A stretch of 63,540 nt of DNA, the filler included, from Cercozoa sp. M6MM (Eukaryota > Protista > Endomyxa: Ascetosporea): assembly GCA_040357565.1 (NCBI GenBank). It is 10 parts of 10 records of this genome, joined end to end, with 100 filler letters (N's around TTAATTAATTAA, not from the genome) between each part and the next. Parts side by side here need not be neighbours in the genome. Positions count along the whole stretch, not along the records: positions 9,950 to 27,930 come from JBDODJ010000243.1; 9 more parts are not named here. The stretch is one strand, 5' to 3'. Under the pieces are notes generated by a model that did not search any database, was not told where the DNA came from, and worked only from the letters and a program-made list of their open reading frames with translations. Both the position numbers and the translations under genes were made by a program. This document shows, one piece after another, positions 11,560-24,434 of the stretch (its first letter is position 1; each line of letters begins with the position of its first letter).

Positions 11560-13174
11560 TGAGAGCCTCAATCAGACTGGCTGACTTCGGCTTTTATGTT
11601 GTCGATTGTTCCGTGCGCAGTGGAGGCCCTCATGGCCGAAAAGCGTCTGCAAGCGCAAGTGAAAAAGCTCCGCGAGGATGAAAACGAGTTGCGGCGGAAG
11701 GTGGACAAATGCGAGGCCGACATGAAGGCAATCAACAACGTCGGTCAGATGATCGCCGAGGTCATGACGTCGCTGGACGATGAGCGGTTCATTGTTAAGG
11801 GCAGCAACGGTCCGCGCTACGTTGTGTACGATTTCTCTTGTTCGTTCTGGTGTCCGTGTGAAGTTTATGTGTTTGCACACAGAGGTGCGCGCGAGCAGGT
11901 GCCACGCGAAGAGCTCAAGGCCGGCACGCGCGTCGCGATCGATCTGACGACGCTCACCATCATGCGCGCACTGCCGCGACAAGTCGATCCAGTTGTGCAC
12001 TCAATGCTTACTGAGGTATCCATTCTGTTTATTGTATCCGCGAGCGCACACTGACCCTTGCTTGCAGGATCCTGGCAGCATCACTTTCAGCGACATTGGC
12101 GGTCTCAGCGAGCAGATTCGAGAGGTGATTTAAGTCGACATTGCTGTTGAGTGTTTAGTTTCCGTTTATCGTGTGTTCTCAGATCCGCGAAACCATTGAA
12201 CTGCCGCTGACAAACCCAGATCTGTTCCAGCGCGTCGGAATTTCACCACCCAAGGGTACCCAATTTCCGATTGTGGCTACTTAAGTGTCTGGATTGTTTG
12301 TGGGAGGATAGGTGTCCTACTGTACGGCCCGCCAGGAACGGGCAAGACGCTGCTGGCCCGTGCCATGGCGAAGAACATCGATGCGACCTTCCTCAAGGTG
12401 GTGGCATCGGCCATTGTGGACAAGTACATTGGCGAGTCTGCTCGCGTGATTCGCGAGATGTTCGCGTACGCGCGTGCCAACCAGCCGTGCATCATCTTCA
12501 TGGACGAGGTCGACGCCATCGGTGGCAGACGTTTCAGCAGCGGCAACAGTAGCGATCGCGAGATCCAGCGCACGTTGATGGAGCTGCTCAATCAGCTCGA
12601 CGGCTTCGACAAGCTTAATCGTGTCAAGATCGTCATGGCCACCAACCGACCCGACACGCTCGACCCGGCGCTGCTGCGACCCGGCCGCTTGGACCGCAAA
12701 ATCGAAATTCCGCTGCCCAACGATGCCGGCCGACTGCACATTCTCAAGGTGCTTTCTGCACGTTTATTCAGTTAGGGTTTTGGGGTTGAAAGGTGCATTG
12801 TTTCTTGTCCCACAGATCCACGCCGGCAAGGTCACCACGCATGGCGAGATCGGTATATAACTTCTTGGTCCTCTCCCTTCCGTCTAACTTTACCATCTGC
12901 GAGAGTAGACTATGACGCCATCGTGAAGCTCACGGACGGCTTCAACGGCGCTGATCTGCGCAACGTGTGTACCGAGGCTGGCATGTTCGCGATTCGCGAC
13001 CAGCGCGACTTTGTCATCCAGGAAGACTTTGTGCGCTTGTCTTTTGTGTCTCCCGTGGCATGTGTGCGCTCTGCTCTATTTATGTGTGTGTCACTCGCTG
13101 AGCAGATGAAGGCGGCGCGCAAGATGGCCGAAGCCAAGAAACTTGAGTCGAAGCTTGATTACGCCAAGGTCTAA
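11560..13174 (+). CDS. RPT4: 26S proteasome AAA-ATPase subunit RPT4 (PSMC6); start approximate
   Basis: [63 protein letters not shown], and C-terminus [12 protein letters not shown] typical of Rpt4. Confidence 0.97.
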
Positions 13175-13599
13175 TACTAATCAACCACGGTTTTGAGTCC
13201 GCGCTGTCGTGTACTAGTGCGCACGCTACTAGGCCGACGTTCAGTTCATGATAATCGTATGGTCGGGCCGAGTGCGCTGCTATTGTGCGGTATCTATCTT
13301 TAACATGCTCTTGTGACCCACCCCAGACTGGTGCAGGGGAACTACATAGTTGGTTTCCTAGAAGACTCAACTAACTAACTATCTATCTTTAACGTTAGTC
13401 GCCGTACGTACGTGTCCTGCAAATTCTACTCGATCTACTGCGTCGCGGTCAGTTCAGGTTCTTCCAGGTGTTTGGTTGATTCGCAGACAGGAGTCTGATA
13501 AGGATCGTATGCAATGATGAAGTTTAGTTGAAAGTCCGAAGTTGCATCAACCGTTGCTGCCAATCGTGACAGTTTAGTAGTGACGCCCTGAGAAACCAT

Positions 13600-16172
13600 G
13601 GAGTACATCACACGCTTTTGCGATGGCAAGTTTACGGTCAAGGTGCATCCAAAAGACGTCCCGGATGTCAGTTTTCCGGCTTTCCCTTTGGGTAGCTGCC
13701 TTCCAGTTCCTTGTTGTAGGTAGCGACTGCGCAGTTTATAGTGAGCGCATTCAAAAGGGCTGACTCCTCCTTTGAGGTGCGCTGATACTGAACAGTTTTA
13801 CTCTGTAAACTTGGGACTCAACCAGTGCAGCTGACCGATCTCAATAAAGTAGCTTCGCGCATGTACCTCGCAACTGCATCTCCTGGTTGTTTTTTTGCAT
13901 CGCCTGATGGTTGCTCAATTTATCTCTTGGATTCGATGGCAACTCGGTTTTTCTATTCATGCTCCAGTTCATTTTTTCCTGTAGACGACAATGCCTTCGC
14001 AGCGGTGGTGCTGTCAGGCAGCGTAGTGACCCATACGTCCTCTACGCTCAGTGGGTTATCAGCGAGCTCCTTGCTTTCGTCAGAAGTACCGCTACCTTTA
14101 CGATGCAGTTTTCATAAATATCGAAATTTAAACGTGCCCTTCTTACTGCACCAGGAACAAGTACTGCAAACAGGGGACGTGTTCACTCCCGAAGCACTGC
14201 GAGGCCCGGTTAGTTTCAAGGGTAAACTCAGTGTATTCTCGACGAATTCACGATGAGACCAAACGCTCAATATTGTCTATATTTTTAGCATTCGCAAGAG
14301 CTGGTCAGAGCGGAGCAGTTATGGTAGAGTGGAAAAGGATATCAGGAAGGAACATAGAGCGAACCTAGGGTACATGTGCGATAGTGGCTGGCCTCGGCCG
14401 ACGCTCTGCGTGTGACACATGCGCCACGAATCTTCCGCGTCGACGACTTGGTCAACATCCTGCGCAGTATGGTCACACTGGTGCAAGAGTCGACGCACCC
14501 TCCCGAGTCTCGTGTTTTGGCACCTCTAGCGGCAGAAGACAAGGGCGGTGGCATGCGGCTGCCAGAGGGAGCACACTTTTCAACACGCAGTGACAGCAAG
14601 GTGCTGGGGTTTTAATTAGTACTCGGTTTTCTCCCATTAATATCCCTCTCTCCTAAAACTTAAACGCATTGGCAGGTACGTGCGGCTACCGAAGTGTTGC
14701 TGGAGAACGATGCATGCGCACTGCGTGTCATTGCACTAGCCTTAGGTCTTACTACCCTTGTTGGGTACTCCTTTCATTGATTGTCGCTTGCTACTACAGA
14801 ATACAGATCGGTGGCACCAACACAACAAGTTCTGGCACAGGGAGGTCGTTCCGATGGACTCTTCGTTGTACTGAGTGGTACTTTGACCCTGTGTTTCCCT
14901 GCTGAACTTCCCCAAGGATAAACACGGATCGACAGGAGCACTCGTGACACTACGCGATGGAAGAAAGCTGGCGCGCCTGGGTGTCTAAATATGCGCATGC
15001 TTATGAAGGGTTGTGTAGGATCCATACCAACATCGATACATGCGCAGTGTCGAAGGAATGGGCGGCATCAAAGCAGGTGTTGCCGGCGTTAATGTAATCC
15101 TGTCTGGCACTCTCTTGACCTTCAGCCTTCTTCTCATACTTGACGGAGTAAATTACAGTGCATCCGAGAGCGACCGGCCTTGCAGTTTGAAGTCACTTGC
15201 TTCATCATCTCCTTCCCCTGTACCAGTTCTTGATACCCGAGTCATGGCCCTTGACTCCTTTCCACTCAGGTAGAATACGTTGCTGATGAGACTACGGGAG
15301 CACAACTCGCTGTTCTGTAGGGCCCTGTACTTTCGTTTACTTGACATATTCTCATGAGGCAAGGGTAGGACAAGACAAGCTTGTCGCATGTTCTTGCCAC
15401 CGTACGTACGACAGGCCTTGCGACAAGTTGCGGGACGATATGGAACACTCAGACGTATCTTAGCTGAGTATGTCGTCTTTTTTCTAAAAGGCCTATCCCT
15501 GCTTTCCAATTCTCATCTTCTCATACCCTTCAGGGAGCTCAACAATGAGGCAACGAAAGTGTCGAAAAAGTATGGACTGCGGACTTCGGTTGCTGCCGGT
15601 AACGACTGCTTTTTGTCTTCTGACGCATTCCACCGGTGGTTTACAGGTGGACAGACGGCGTCGTTCATTGTACGCATGGTACCACTGGGGTGCTCATGTC
15701 CCGGAGTTTCAAAGTAAACAGAACAATTTCGGTGTGGACAGATGAACCAGCTGAGGTATCCTGCAGCACGACCGATACCAGTACGTTAGAGAACCTATAC
15801 TCTCTGTGTTAAAAGCGAAGAGTAAAATACAAGCAGCCACAAATGGAACGAAAGGTGCCATTCGGTCGACTCCGCTTGCTCGGATTCCTTGGTACATCAT
15901 AGCTGGACAAGGGAGGAAAGAGGTGTCCCACGTGCTTTGCTGCTTCTTTCGCAGGCAAAGGCACATTGTCGAGTGTCGAACTCGTTCGTGATGTCGAAAC
16001 GCGGCGTGTGGTAGGCTCCCAGTTTTCGAACTTAAGTTATACTCACTCAAGTACCTAGAGGTAGTTGTACCTTGCACCTTCATTATAGTACGCGCTGAAA
16101 CGTATGCCCAAACATGCGGTCGAAGGCACCAAACAGGTCACTTTCGCACAGTTCTTAGTGAGTACCCGTGTG

Positions 16173-16224
<52 letters not shown>

Positions 16225-17868
16225 TGTGTGTATGTGTGAGTGTGTGTATGTGAGTGTGTGAGTATGTCGGAAACAACACCTGATGTCAGTAGATCAAGTA
16301 CGTCTTGGCCGAGCGAGTGCTGTTGCGACAGGTATTCCATTTCCTTTCTTGTACCAGTCCTCATCTTCCTTTCCAAAGCTAAAGCACCCTGGCATACCGC
16401 GTTTGTACGGCGCATACCGAAGCACGTGAGTCCTCATTCCAATTAGGCCCTGCATTTGTGTAGTACCGTTATATGCGTCCAGAAACCATGTGTTCCTGCT
16501 GCTGCAAGCCTTCTTGGGAGGTTCGCTGCACTGGCACATGCACCTGCGCAAACGAAAGAAGGACCGTGTGGTGGGTGACGTGCGCTTCGCGCGCTTCGTT
16601 CTTGCCGAACTCGTTGATATTTTAGAATACTTGGTGAGTTTGCACCTCGCCCATAGGTCGATCTTGTCCTTAACTCTGTTGTCTCGGTGTGTAACTTTAG
16701 CACTCGGCTGGTGTGATCTATCGCGACCTTCGACCGTCCAACATCGTACCATGTGACCATGTATGTATATTTATGTATATACTCACTTGCGAACTGTGGG
16801 GGCAGGTATTCGACAACAAGGGTCACGTGAGTCTCGTGGACTTTGCATTCGCGCACACGCTTCCACTGGATGAAGAGGAAGATAGAGAGACTCGTACTTG
16901 TCCATCTACGAACTACAGACAGCCTCCTCATGTTGTGGCTTGGTTCAGACACTGAGAGACTGGAGGCCAAGTCTACTGTGGGCACCTTGACCTACCTGTC
17001 GCCAGAAACCATCCTCGGACAGCCTCAAGGTGAACAACGCAGTGACTTTACCAGAACATTGATATTTACCCCCACCCATCCCGGTCCTGCAGGGTACGCG
17101 ACCGACTTGTGGCAGCTCGGCGTTTTGGCAGCTGAAATGATCACAGGGCAGGCCCCGTTCAGGCAAGATTGACTGCTACAAGTTTCTCTTATCTGACTCG
17201 CCTGTGTGCTTGCAGTGATCATTCCTCGCTGGCGCGGTACGAGTGCATCCTCACCGGACGCCTCCGACTGCCAAACGTAGGTTGCTCAGTGAATACACAC
17301 CGTAACACAAGGGTTCGCAGAGCAATTCAATGTACCTGACTAGCAGGGAGGTATCTTTATGCCACGTTCGGCGAGGCACTTGATCAAGAAGCTCTTGCGC
17401 CCGAATCCGAAAGAGCGGCTTGGCGCACCCGAGCGAGGTGGTCTCCAGGCTTTGAAGGTAAAACGAGCTTTCATTTTCGACAACAGAACTAATACTGACT
17501 TGGGTTTACATTACTTTATGTCTGCTCAGGCACATGCATTCTTCCGAGATATCGACTGGTCCGCAGTGCGAAAACGCAAGCTGCGACCGCCGCGAACTAT
17601 TTTGGTCACCCACGCCAGCGATATGGTACCTACCGGACTGCAATCTGCTCGCATGGCATGCATATAAATAAAACGAGCTGATACCGTACAGCGCAATCGC
17701 GTGCAAGCAGACCGCGAGCCTTCGTTTGCGAAGCAAGCATTTCAGCGTCGAATCCACTTCGTGCAGCAGCAACTCTGGGGTGCTTTCAACTCGGTGTGTG
17801 CGCGCGCGTGTGCAAATGGAAGTTTGGTATTGCATTTAGGTAACTGGGACGACGAATTTGTGGCTTAG
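13600..17868 (+). CDS. AGC-family kinase, PKG-like, with putative degenerate cNMP-binding N-terminal region; start approximate
   Basis: Spliced kinase domain: LGKGTLSSV, YALKRM, YVLAERVLL, YRDLRPSN, LVDFA, GTLTYLSPE, DLWQLGV, LLRPNPKERLG, FFRDIDW. Putative C-terminus GNWDDEFVA* resembles the PKG WDxxF tail. The N-terminal domain assignment is weaker. Confidence 0.8.
16170..16262. repeat. (GT)n microsatellite in a kinase intron
   Basis: Visible directly. Similar CA, GA and TA tracts occur at 35317-35420, 40306-40335, 40425-40531, 45890-45955, 47128-47170, 57428-57470 and 61215-61275. Confidence 0.95.
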
Positions 17869-18179
17869 TGCTTGACCCACCAGGGACTGAACGGAAATCC
17901 CGAATCCGTTCATCTTCGACAGGCAGAAAACCAATTTTGTTAAGTCGGTCGAAACTGCAGCTCGACCAGAGGTTCCTTGACGTCCGTAAAACACGCGCAT
18001 TGGAGGCTTGGTGTACCAAAGCAAATTGAAAGCTTTTATGACCTAGACACTTTACACACGGTGTGATCTTCCTTACTGCGAGACTACACTGGGTGCGGAG
18101 CTCAGTTGATGCTACTTTATTTCCGTGTCGGATTAAACTTAGTTTCAGGGTTTGAGCGTCCGCGCGGATATCGACAAAT

Positions 18180-21102
18180 GTGATGGACAAGTTATTATTG
18201 AGACAGGATGCCGCAGGGTAGTCGTCGTGCGAAGCATTGTCGAGATTGCTTCGCGTCCCGCACCGCTCGGCTTCCAACCACAGTCGCTGGTGCTCCTGGG
18301 GTCGATCGAATTCCGGACTGGGAATGAAGAATAAAAAACCGATATCGCGAACTCGTGAGGAGAAGAAGAAGTCCCAGGGCCATGCAGCCCACCTCACGCC
18401 CTACTGCAACGAACGCGGCTCTGTCAAACGAAACGTGAACACCAGTAGTAGTTCAAGAAATGGCACAGCTTCCAACTCACGAAAACACGAGTAGGACTGA
18501 CCTTCAGTTTTGATTCCTTATCTTTCCCTCCATCCGCTATTTTACTCAAACGACAGGCGACGCATCCGCGAACTAGAATTTCTGGTGCAACGCCTCGCGA
18601 AAGACAACGAGCGGCAACGAAAAACGCTTCGTAGTCTGGCCGTTTCGCACGCCGAGTCGGAGTCCAGCTCTTCCGAAGTTCTAGGCTCTCCAAAGCAGCA
18701 CACCAAGTCAACTTCTCGCAGCAAAAGCGAAACCTTTATGCTGCAGTTGGGTACGATGTTTCTGTCATGTGTGAAATGTGTCACGTTTAAACACCTTGGA
18801 GCTGTCTCAGACTTTCCGCCCGTCGAGAGCAGTCCGAGTGCAGACTCTCTGGCGTCATCGCACAGCTCCGAACAGCTCGTGCAGACTCGCAAAGCAGCGT
18901 ACGATCGAAACAGTGTTTCTCCGACGGCTGCGACGCACAAAAGTGCCGCCAGCAATCACTCCTCCAGCGACATGAAGTATGAAGCTGCGTTGCGAGAGAT
19001 TCGAGCACTCGAGGAGCGAGTCAGCGATCTCGCGTCGCTGTGCGACTCACGCAAAACCAGGGTCGCCGAAGTCGAAGCAAAGCTGCTTGAAGCAGAGAAA
19101 CGCTGCGAAGACGTGCTGAAACAGAAACAAGCCGACGCGAAACGGTTCGAAAAAGACGCGCTCGCCGTTTCCGAGCGACTGGAGCTGTTGAAGCGAAAGT
19201 TTGAAGCTGGTACGCTTGAACTAAACAAAAGGGTTGTACACCTGAAACTACAGAGGGCCATGAACAACTGCAGGTGAGCAACGACGCTCGATCGAAGTAG
19301 GCAAGCAGCAAGAAGTGTTCGAGCAGAAACTCCAGGAGAAGAGCGACGCCGTGGCGCGACTTACGACGCGTTTGCACTCGCTCGTGGACGAAAAGGTGCA
19401 GTTGCGCGAGTCGCTGGCCCGCAAGAACGCTGAGTTGGAGGAGTCACAGGCGACTCTGCAAAAGCTCGAGGCAGAGAGAGTGGGCGACGAAGCCAAGCAG
19501 CAGCAGAAGCAAGCAAAGAAGGAACTTGCGCTGCTTGAGTTGCGAACCACGGCAGAAACACTCCGTGAGGAACTCCAGTCCACACGGACGCATATCGCTA
19601 CAATGGTCGGTTGGTTCGTATGTTTTACAAGCACACTGACCCCTTCTCTGTTGTCTGGGCAGGAGAGAAAGCACGGCGCAGAACACCAAAAGCAGCAGCA
19701 CCTGCGAGAACAACTGCAACAGCGAGAGCAGGCACTGAGCGAGATGAAACAACGAGCCGAGCAGCTCGAGCGTGCGTGGGCCAAATCACAGCAACGAAGT
19801 GAATCGACTGCTCTCAAAGAGTCGATTCAGCAGTTGCAGGCCAATCTCCAAGTGAAAGAAGAACTCGTGGTAAATCTACATCCTTTGCTTCATCTGTTAC
19901 TGTTTCTTCACTGTGCTTGCTCTAATTCCGAAAGAGCACTCTGCAAGACCAACTCACCGATGTGCGAAACAAACTGCTTCGGGTCGAAACTGAAAGAAAT
20001 CAGCTTCGACAACGTTCGCACACTGCCGAAAGCGTAAGGTATCTTTACTGCTTTGATTGACAAAAGCACGCGCTACCTGCAGCAAGCAAAGCAAGAAGCA
20101 GAAACGCAGTCGCACAACGCCGAAAGTGAAGACTCGATCAGCACGACGCACATCGTTGATGGTTCCTACAACGCCATGAAACGCGAACGCGCCGTGTGAG
20201 CACAGCTTTCAGTATTCTTGGCTCTCGTATGAAAATATATGGTACGCTTGCAGGCTAAGACAAGAGTTGTGTGACTTGTCGCGCCGCAAGAAGCAAAGCG
20301 AGCGCGAGTGGCAGCAGCGGCTCGCCGCAGTGATGGAACAACTCAAGCGAACGGCCGCGCAGAGGGACGAGTTTCGCAACGCTCTGCGCAAGGAGCAAAC
20401 GCGAGGACGCGAGTTTTGTCGCGACTTTGAGAAGGTCTAACCCTGTCTAGACACTGTGCTTTAACTGAGCTTAAATCTGCAGGCAGCGGAAGCTTTGCGA
20501 CGTGAAAATGCGCAACTCCGCGATCAGTTATCGATTCTCAACGTCGAAACCAAACAGCAGCAGTCTTCGATTGGTAAATACACAGACAATGCAAGCCTCG
20601 CCAACTGGATCTATACATTCACCATATGGATGTCTCAGATCGGCTGGCAAGAGACAATGAACACATGCGGTTGCGAAACATGAACTCGCCGCAACCGAGA
20701 TCCACTCCTCAGGTACCAGTACACGAAGAAATGTACACCAAAACTTGGCAAATCTTCACCTGCGCAGCCAACACTGCGTTCGTACAGAAGGCCAAGACAC
20801 TTTGAACGCATGCGTGTGTCATTGGACGAGTCGGTTGCCAGCGTAAAATAGTCCTCCAGCCCTGAGTATAAGTACTAATGCAGGGTCCACGATTGAGTCA
20901 AACATCCACTGTGCCACTGCCGCAGGCCGATCATGATGAACATCAGCTCAAGTCGTCCCCGGTCACGAAAGCATGCGTATCAATGACCGTGCGACGCAAG
21001 GAGAGATGCGGATCGACCTTTCCCGGAGAGCTGCGCTCCGCTTCCAAGAAACCTCTGTCCTTTGAGGAGCAGCTTGAGAGCGAACCCGGTATTGCAGACT
21101 GA
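18180..21102 (+). CDS. Long coiled-coil protein of unknown function; multi-exon, ends approximate
   Basis: ORFs 18510-19277 and 19315-20037 plus downstream exons with heptad-rich L/E/Q/K composition, bounded by GT-AG gaps. Confidence 0.65.
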
Positions 21103-21382
21103 CCTGGAGTCACCTTGATGATACCACTCTGCCGCAGTTGTCGCGTTTATAATTTTAGTTATAAAAATCTCTAAAAGTCGTAAGCTGTGTCAATGTTGGT
21201 ATCGTACGGTGTAGGTACTAAATGCTGTCGTTTCGATTACTACAGTGACTAAAGTTAAAGTCCACCCAGATCTCTACCCCACCACGATCAAAGCCTCGGA
21301 CCGGCGGTGAAGCTTCGGCTCCTGCTGTAAGTTTAGATACTAACTTAGGAGTCGCTCGGGAGTTAATCATCCTCCCATTGTA

Positions 21383-24264
21383 TCATAGACTCGGGAACTT
21401 GTCGCGACACGAGAGCCGACAGTAGCGCTGTTCGTCCCGTGTCTTTATCGTGCTGCAGAGATCCTTGCACCATGTAGACTTCCACATGGCCCGAACTGGT
21501 ACCCTGTTAGCACACGGTTGCATCTCGGGCAGGAGACTACTAAAATTCGATTGTACCACGAAAACCGAAGAGTTTGGTGCAGATTGGAGACACGTAATCG
21601 TGTCCTTGTCGTCACCTCCGACGTGGTCAGCCCGCACCGTGCACACCGGATCAGCCGAGCGTGAGATATCCCACAGCGCGACGAGGCCGTGTCTCGCCAC
21701 GGAGATGAGCGACGTGGCACTGTGTGGCGACCAGTTCACGCCAACCCATCGACTGCTTGCGTCCTGGAACTCCTGCCGAGTGCTTCGCCCGATTTCGGCA
21801 GCTGCGTCGATCTCGATGCTACGCATGTGCACACGCGGCGAACTGCTGCTCGCGAGCAGGTGACTCGACATGCGTTTCTCTACATCCGCCGCTGACGTCG
21901 ACGTGAGCGACAAATCTTCGATACGCGCGTTGGTTTCGACAGTTCGTCGCTCTCGCACAGCTCGCACAAACTGATCGCGATGCTGCTCTCGCAGTGACTC
22001 ACTCAAGAACAGGCGTAACTGCAGCAGCGCAAACTGAGCACCAGTGTGCAGGAGACTGCTCGTCATTTGACTCGACTGTTCTTCATCAATCTCGGCCACG
22101 AGTGCTTTGCACACCGTGCCATCCGAAGTTTCTCTGCTTTTTCGGTCAGTACTCGCCGCTGCCGCGGTTCGAATCGCCTTTTCAACACGGAGCGCGCTAG
22201 ACCAGATGCACAGCATGCCATCGTCACTGGCACTGGCGAAAATATCCGGCGCAAAAGGCGACACGTTTATCGCATTGACGGTGTCGCTGTGCGCGTGGAA
22301 CGAACCCACCGCCTGCTCGGTGTAGCTTTGAGCGCACTTGTAAATCACGCCGTCGCGAGCGCCGACAAGAAAGAGCGCACCATCTTCACCGAGTGAGATT
22401 GCCGACTCTGACAGTGCGGGCTGATTTGTAATTGAGCCAACCTCCTCGCGATTGCGTCGAACGCGCGGATGCAAAGCTTGGTTGCGCACTCGTAGTACCG
22501 ACACCAATGGTGCACCACGAAAACTGTCCTGTCGGTCGATCTCCCAGCAGCGTACTGTGCCATCGAAAGCCACCGAGAGCAGACGAGTGTTGCCCAGAAT
22601 GTTCTTGTGGCCGCTCTCGTTACCCTCTGTTTCGGTGGACGGGAGCCATTGGAGCGACTTGACAGCGTACAGATGTCCCAATTCACCGTTCTTGGCGAGT
22701 GGGTGCGTTGCGGTGAGTGGCTCGTCGACTTGACGACGCAGATCGTACACTGCCACAGCACCAGTGGCGAAGCCAACCGCCAGCAAATGAGCAGTCTCCT
22801 CACTCGGGGCCAGAGCAATGCACGTGATCGGAAACTCGCAGTCAATCACACGGAAGGGACGCTCGCGATCTAAGAAACACCAAAGCACCAGCTTTGAGCT
22901 CATGCCCTAAACAGTGTCCAGACAATACTTCTATTGCGATCCATAGCGAGATACTACCAGCAGGAGGATAAACTGGAATAAAACTGACTGTACCGTTGGA
23001 TCGTCGTGCCAATATTTAGCACGATGTTCGTCCTTCTGCCTTTGATACTGATCTGTCAGATTCGGCACCAGCTTTTGTAGTTCGTCCTGTGAGTGAACAG
23101 TGGGCGCTTGTACAGCGGCGACAAAAGGGCGCCGGTTGTAGGCGACAACGACGACGTCTTTACACACGCTGCCCCAGTCCATCGCGCAAACTGACATTCC
23201 TTCAAATTCGTCGCAGTGAAAGTCCCACAGTTTCACGATCTGTTCTTGCTCTCCGCTGTGTGTGGAGTCCGTTTTTTCCTCTAGACACTCAACCAATAAC
23301 GAGAAATGCACCGTCAAGCGACTGTAGTTTTACCTGTTGCGGGTTGCTGGAAGGCGGCGATGTATTGAAGATGTGAGTGACGATACGTATTGTACTGCAG
23401 TAACCGAGTAAGAATGGTCGCTGCTCGCGAAACTTCAATTCCTGCCACTTTTTGCAGTTGAGCAGTCGACTCGCATGCGAGCGTTGGCAACATTTTGTCG
23501 GGAGCGCTCAGTTCGGACTCGTTGCTTTCGTCCCACTCAAGACTATCCTCAATCGACGCGCCTTCTCCGGACTCGAGCTCTCGCTTCTTAACCATCAGAT
23601 CATGCAAGTTGGCTGGCGAAGCCTGCGTCCCTTGAGTTGAACATTCCGCGTACTCTGTTTGAGTTTCTGCCAGACAATGCGAAGTCGGTGCCGTTTGACT
23701 GCTAGTTTCCGTGTAGTTGACTGCGTAAAATCGCGCCTTGTCACGAAGGTCTTTCACACGTTTCTCTTGTCGCGTGGCTTCTTCAACAGCTTTGGCATCC
23801 GACTGAAATATAACGGTTCCATGCCGCACAAACGGTTTCAAAATCGCGGACTCGGACAAGATTGTGGTGTTGCTTGGCACCCAACTTCGCACCACTTGCG
23901 ACAGCGGGATGCTCTGCATTTACGTTTAAACTAAAGACTGACGAGCACACAAGGAGAAAACGCTTACCACATGTTCTCTGTGGTCTGACTTTAACTCGTC
24001 TGAGCGGTCGGTTGTTGCTCCGCTTCGATGACTGCGCGAAGAGCGGGATGAAATCTCAATGGAATTGAAGGCTGCCCAGCGATGCTCGGGCGAAAACGGG
24101 TCGAATGCCGTCCTTTTTGCTCGCAATTGCAACGAGCTTTGACTTTTCTCGCCGATGCGTTTTCTTTGGTCCTCTTGGAGCAGTTCGACCAGAGAGACTG
24201 GTGTCACATCTGAACCATCTTGCAGCAGGAGTCGGCGATGCGTCTTGCTCTTCCCTTCGGTCAT
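21383..24264 (-). CDS. WDR78: Axonemal dynein intermediate chain, WDR78/DNAI4 (IC138)-like
   Basis: QDGSDVTP, KLWDFHCDEFEGMSVCAMDW...VVVAY, LLAVGFATGAVAVYDLR, FLVGARDGVIYKCAQSYTEQ, H...VSPFAPDIFASASDD. Confidence 0.82.
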
Positions 24265-24434
24265 CTCTAACGAAGGCTGCGCGGTGCGATGCCTGAATTA
24301 AACCTATAGCATGCGATTTCCCTTATATTCGGTATTCAAGCTTCTTCCGCGCGTATGAGGTTTTTATACCTTAACTCATTCATTCAATGGGGGTGTACGT
24401 ACTGTACCCAGCCTTAAGAACGCGCGGCGACGGT

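Noticed and set aside
22160-22180. GGTTCGAATC tRNA T-loop-like motif
   Set aside because: It lies inside the WDR78 coding exon and has no cloverleaf.
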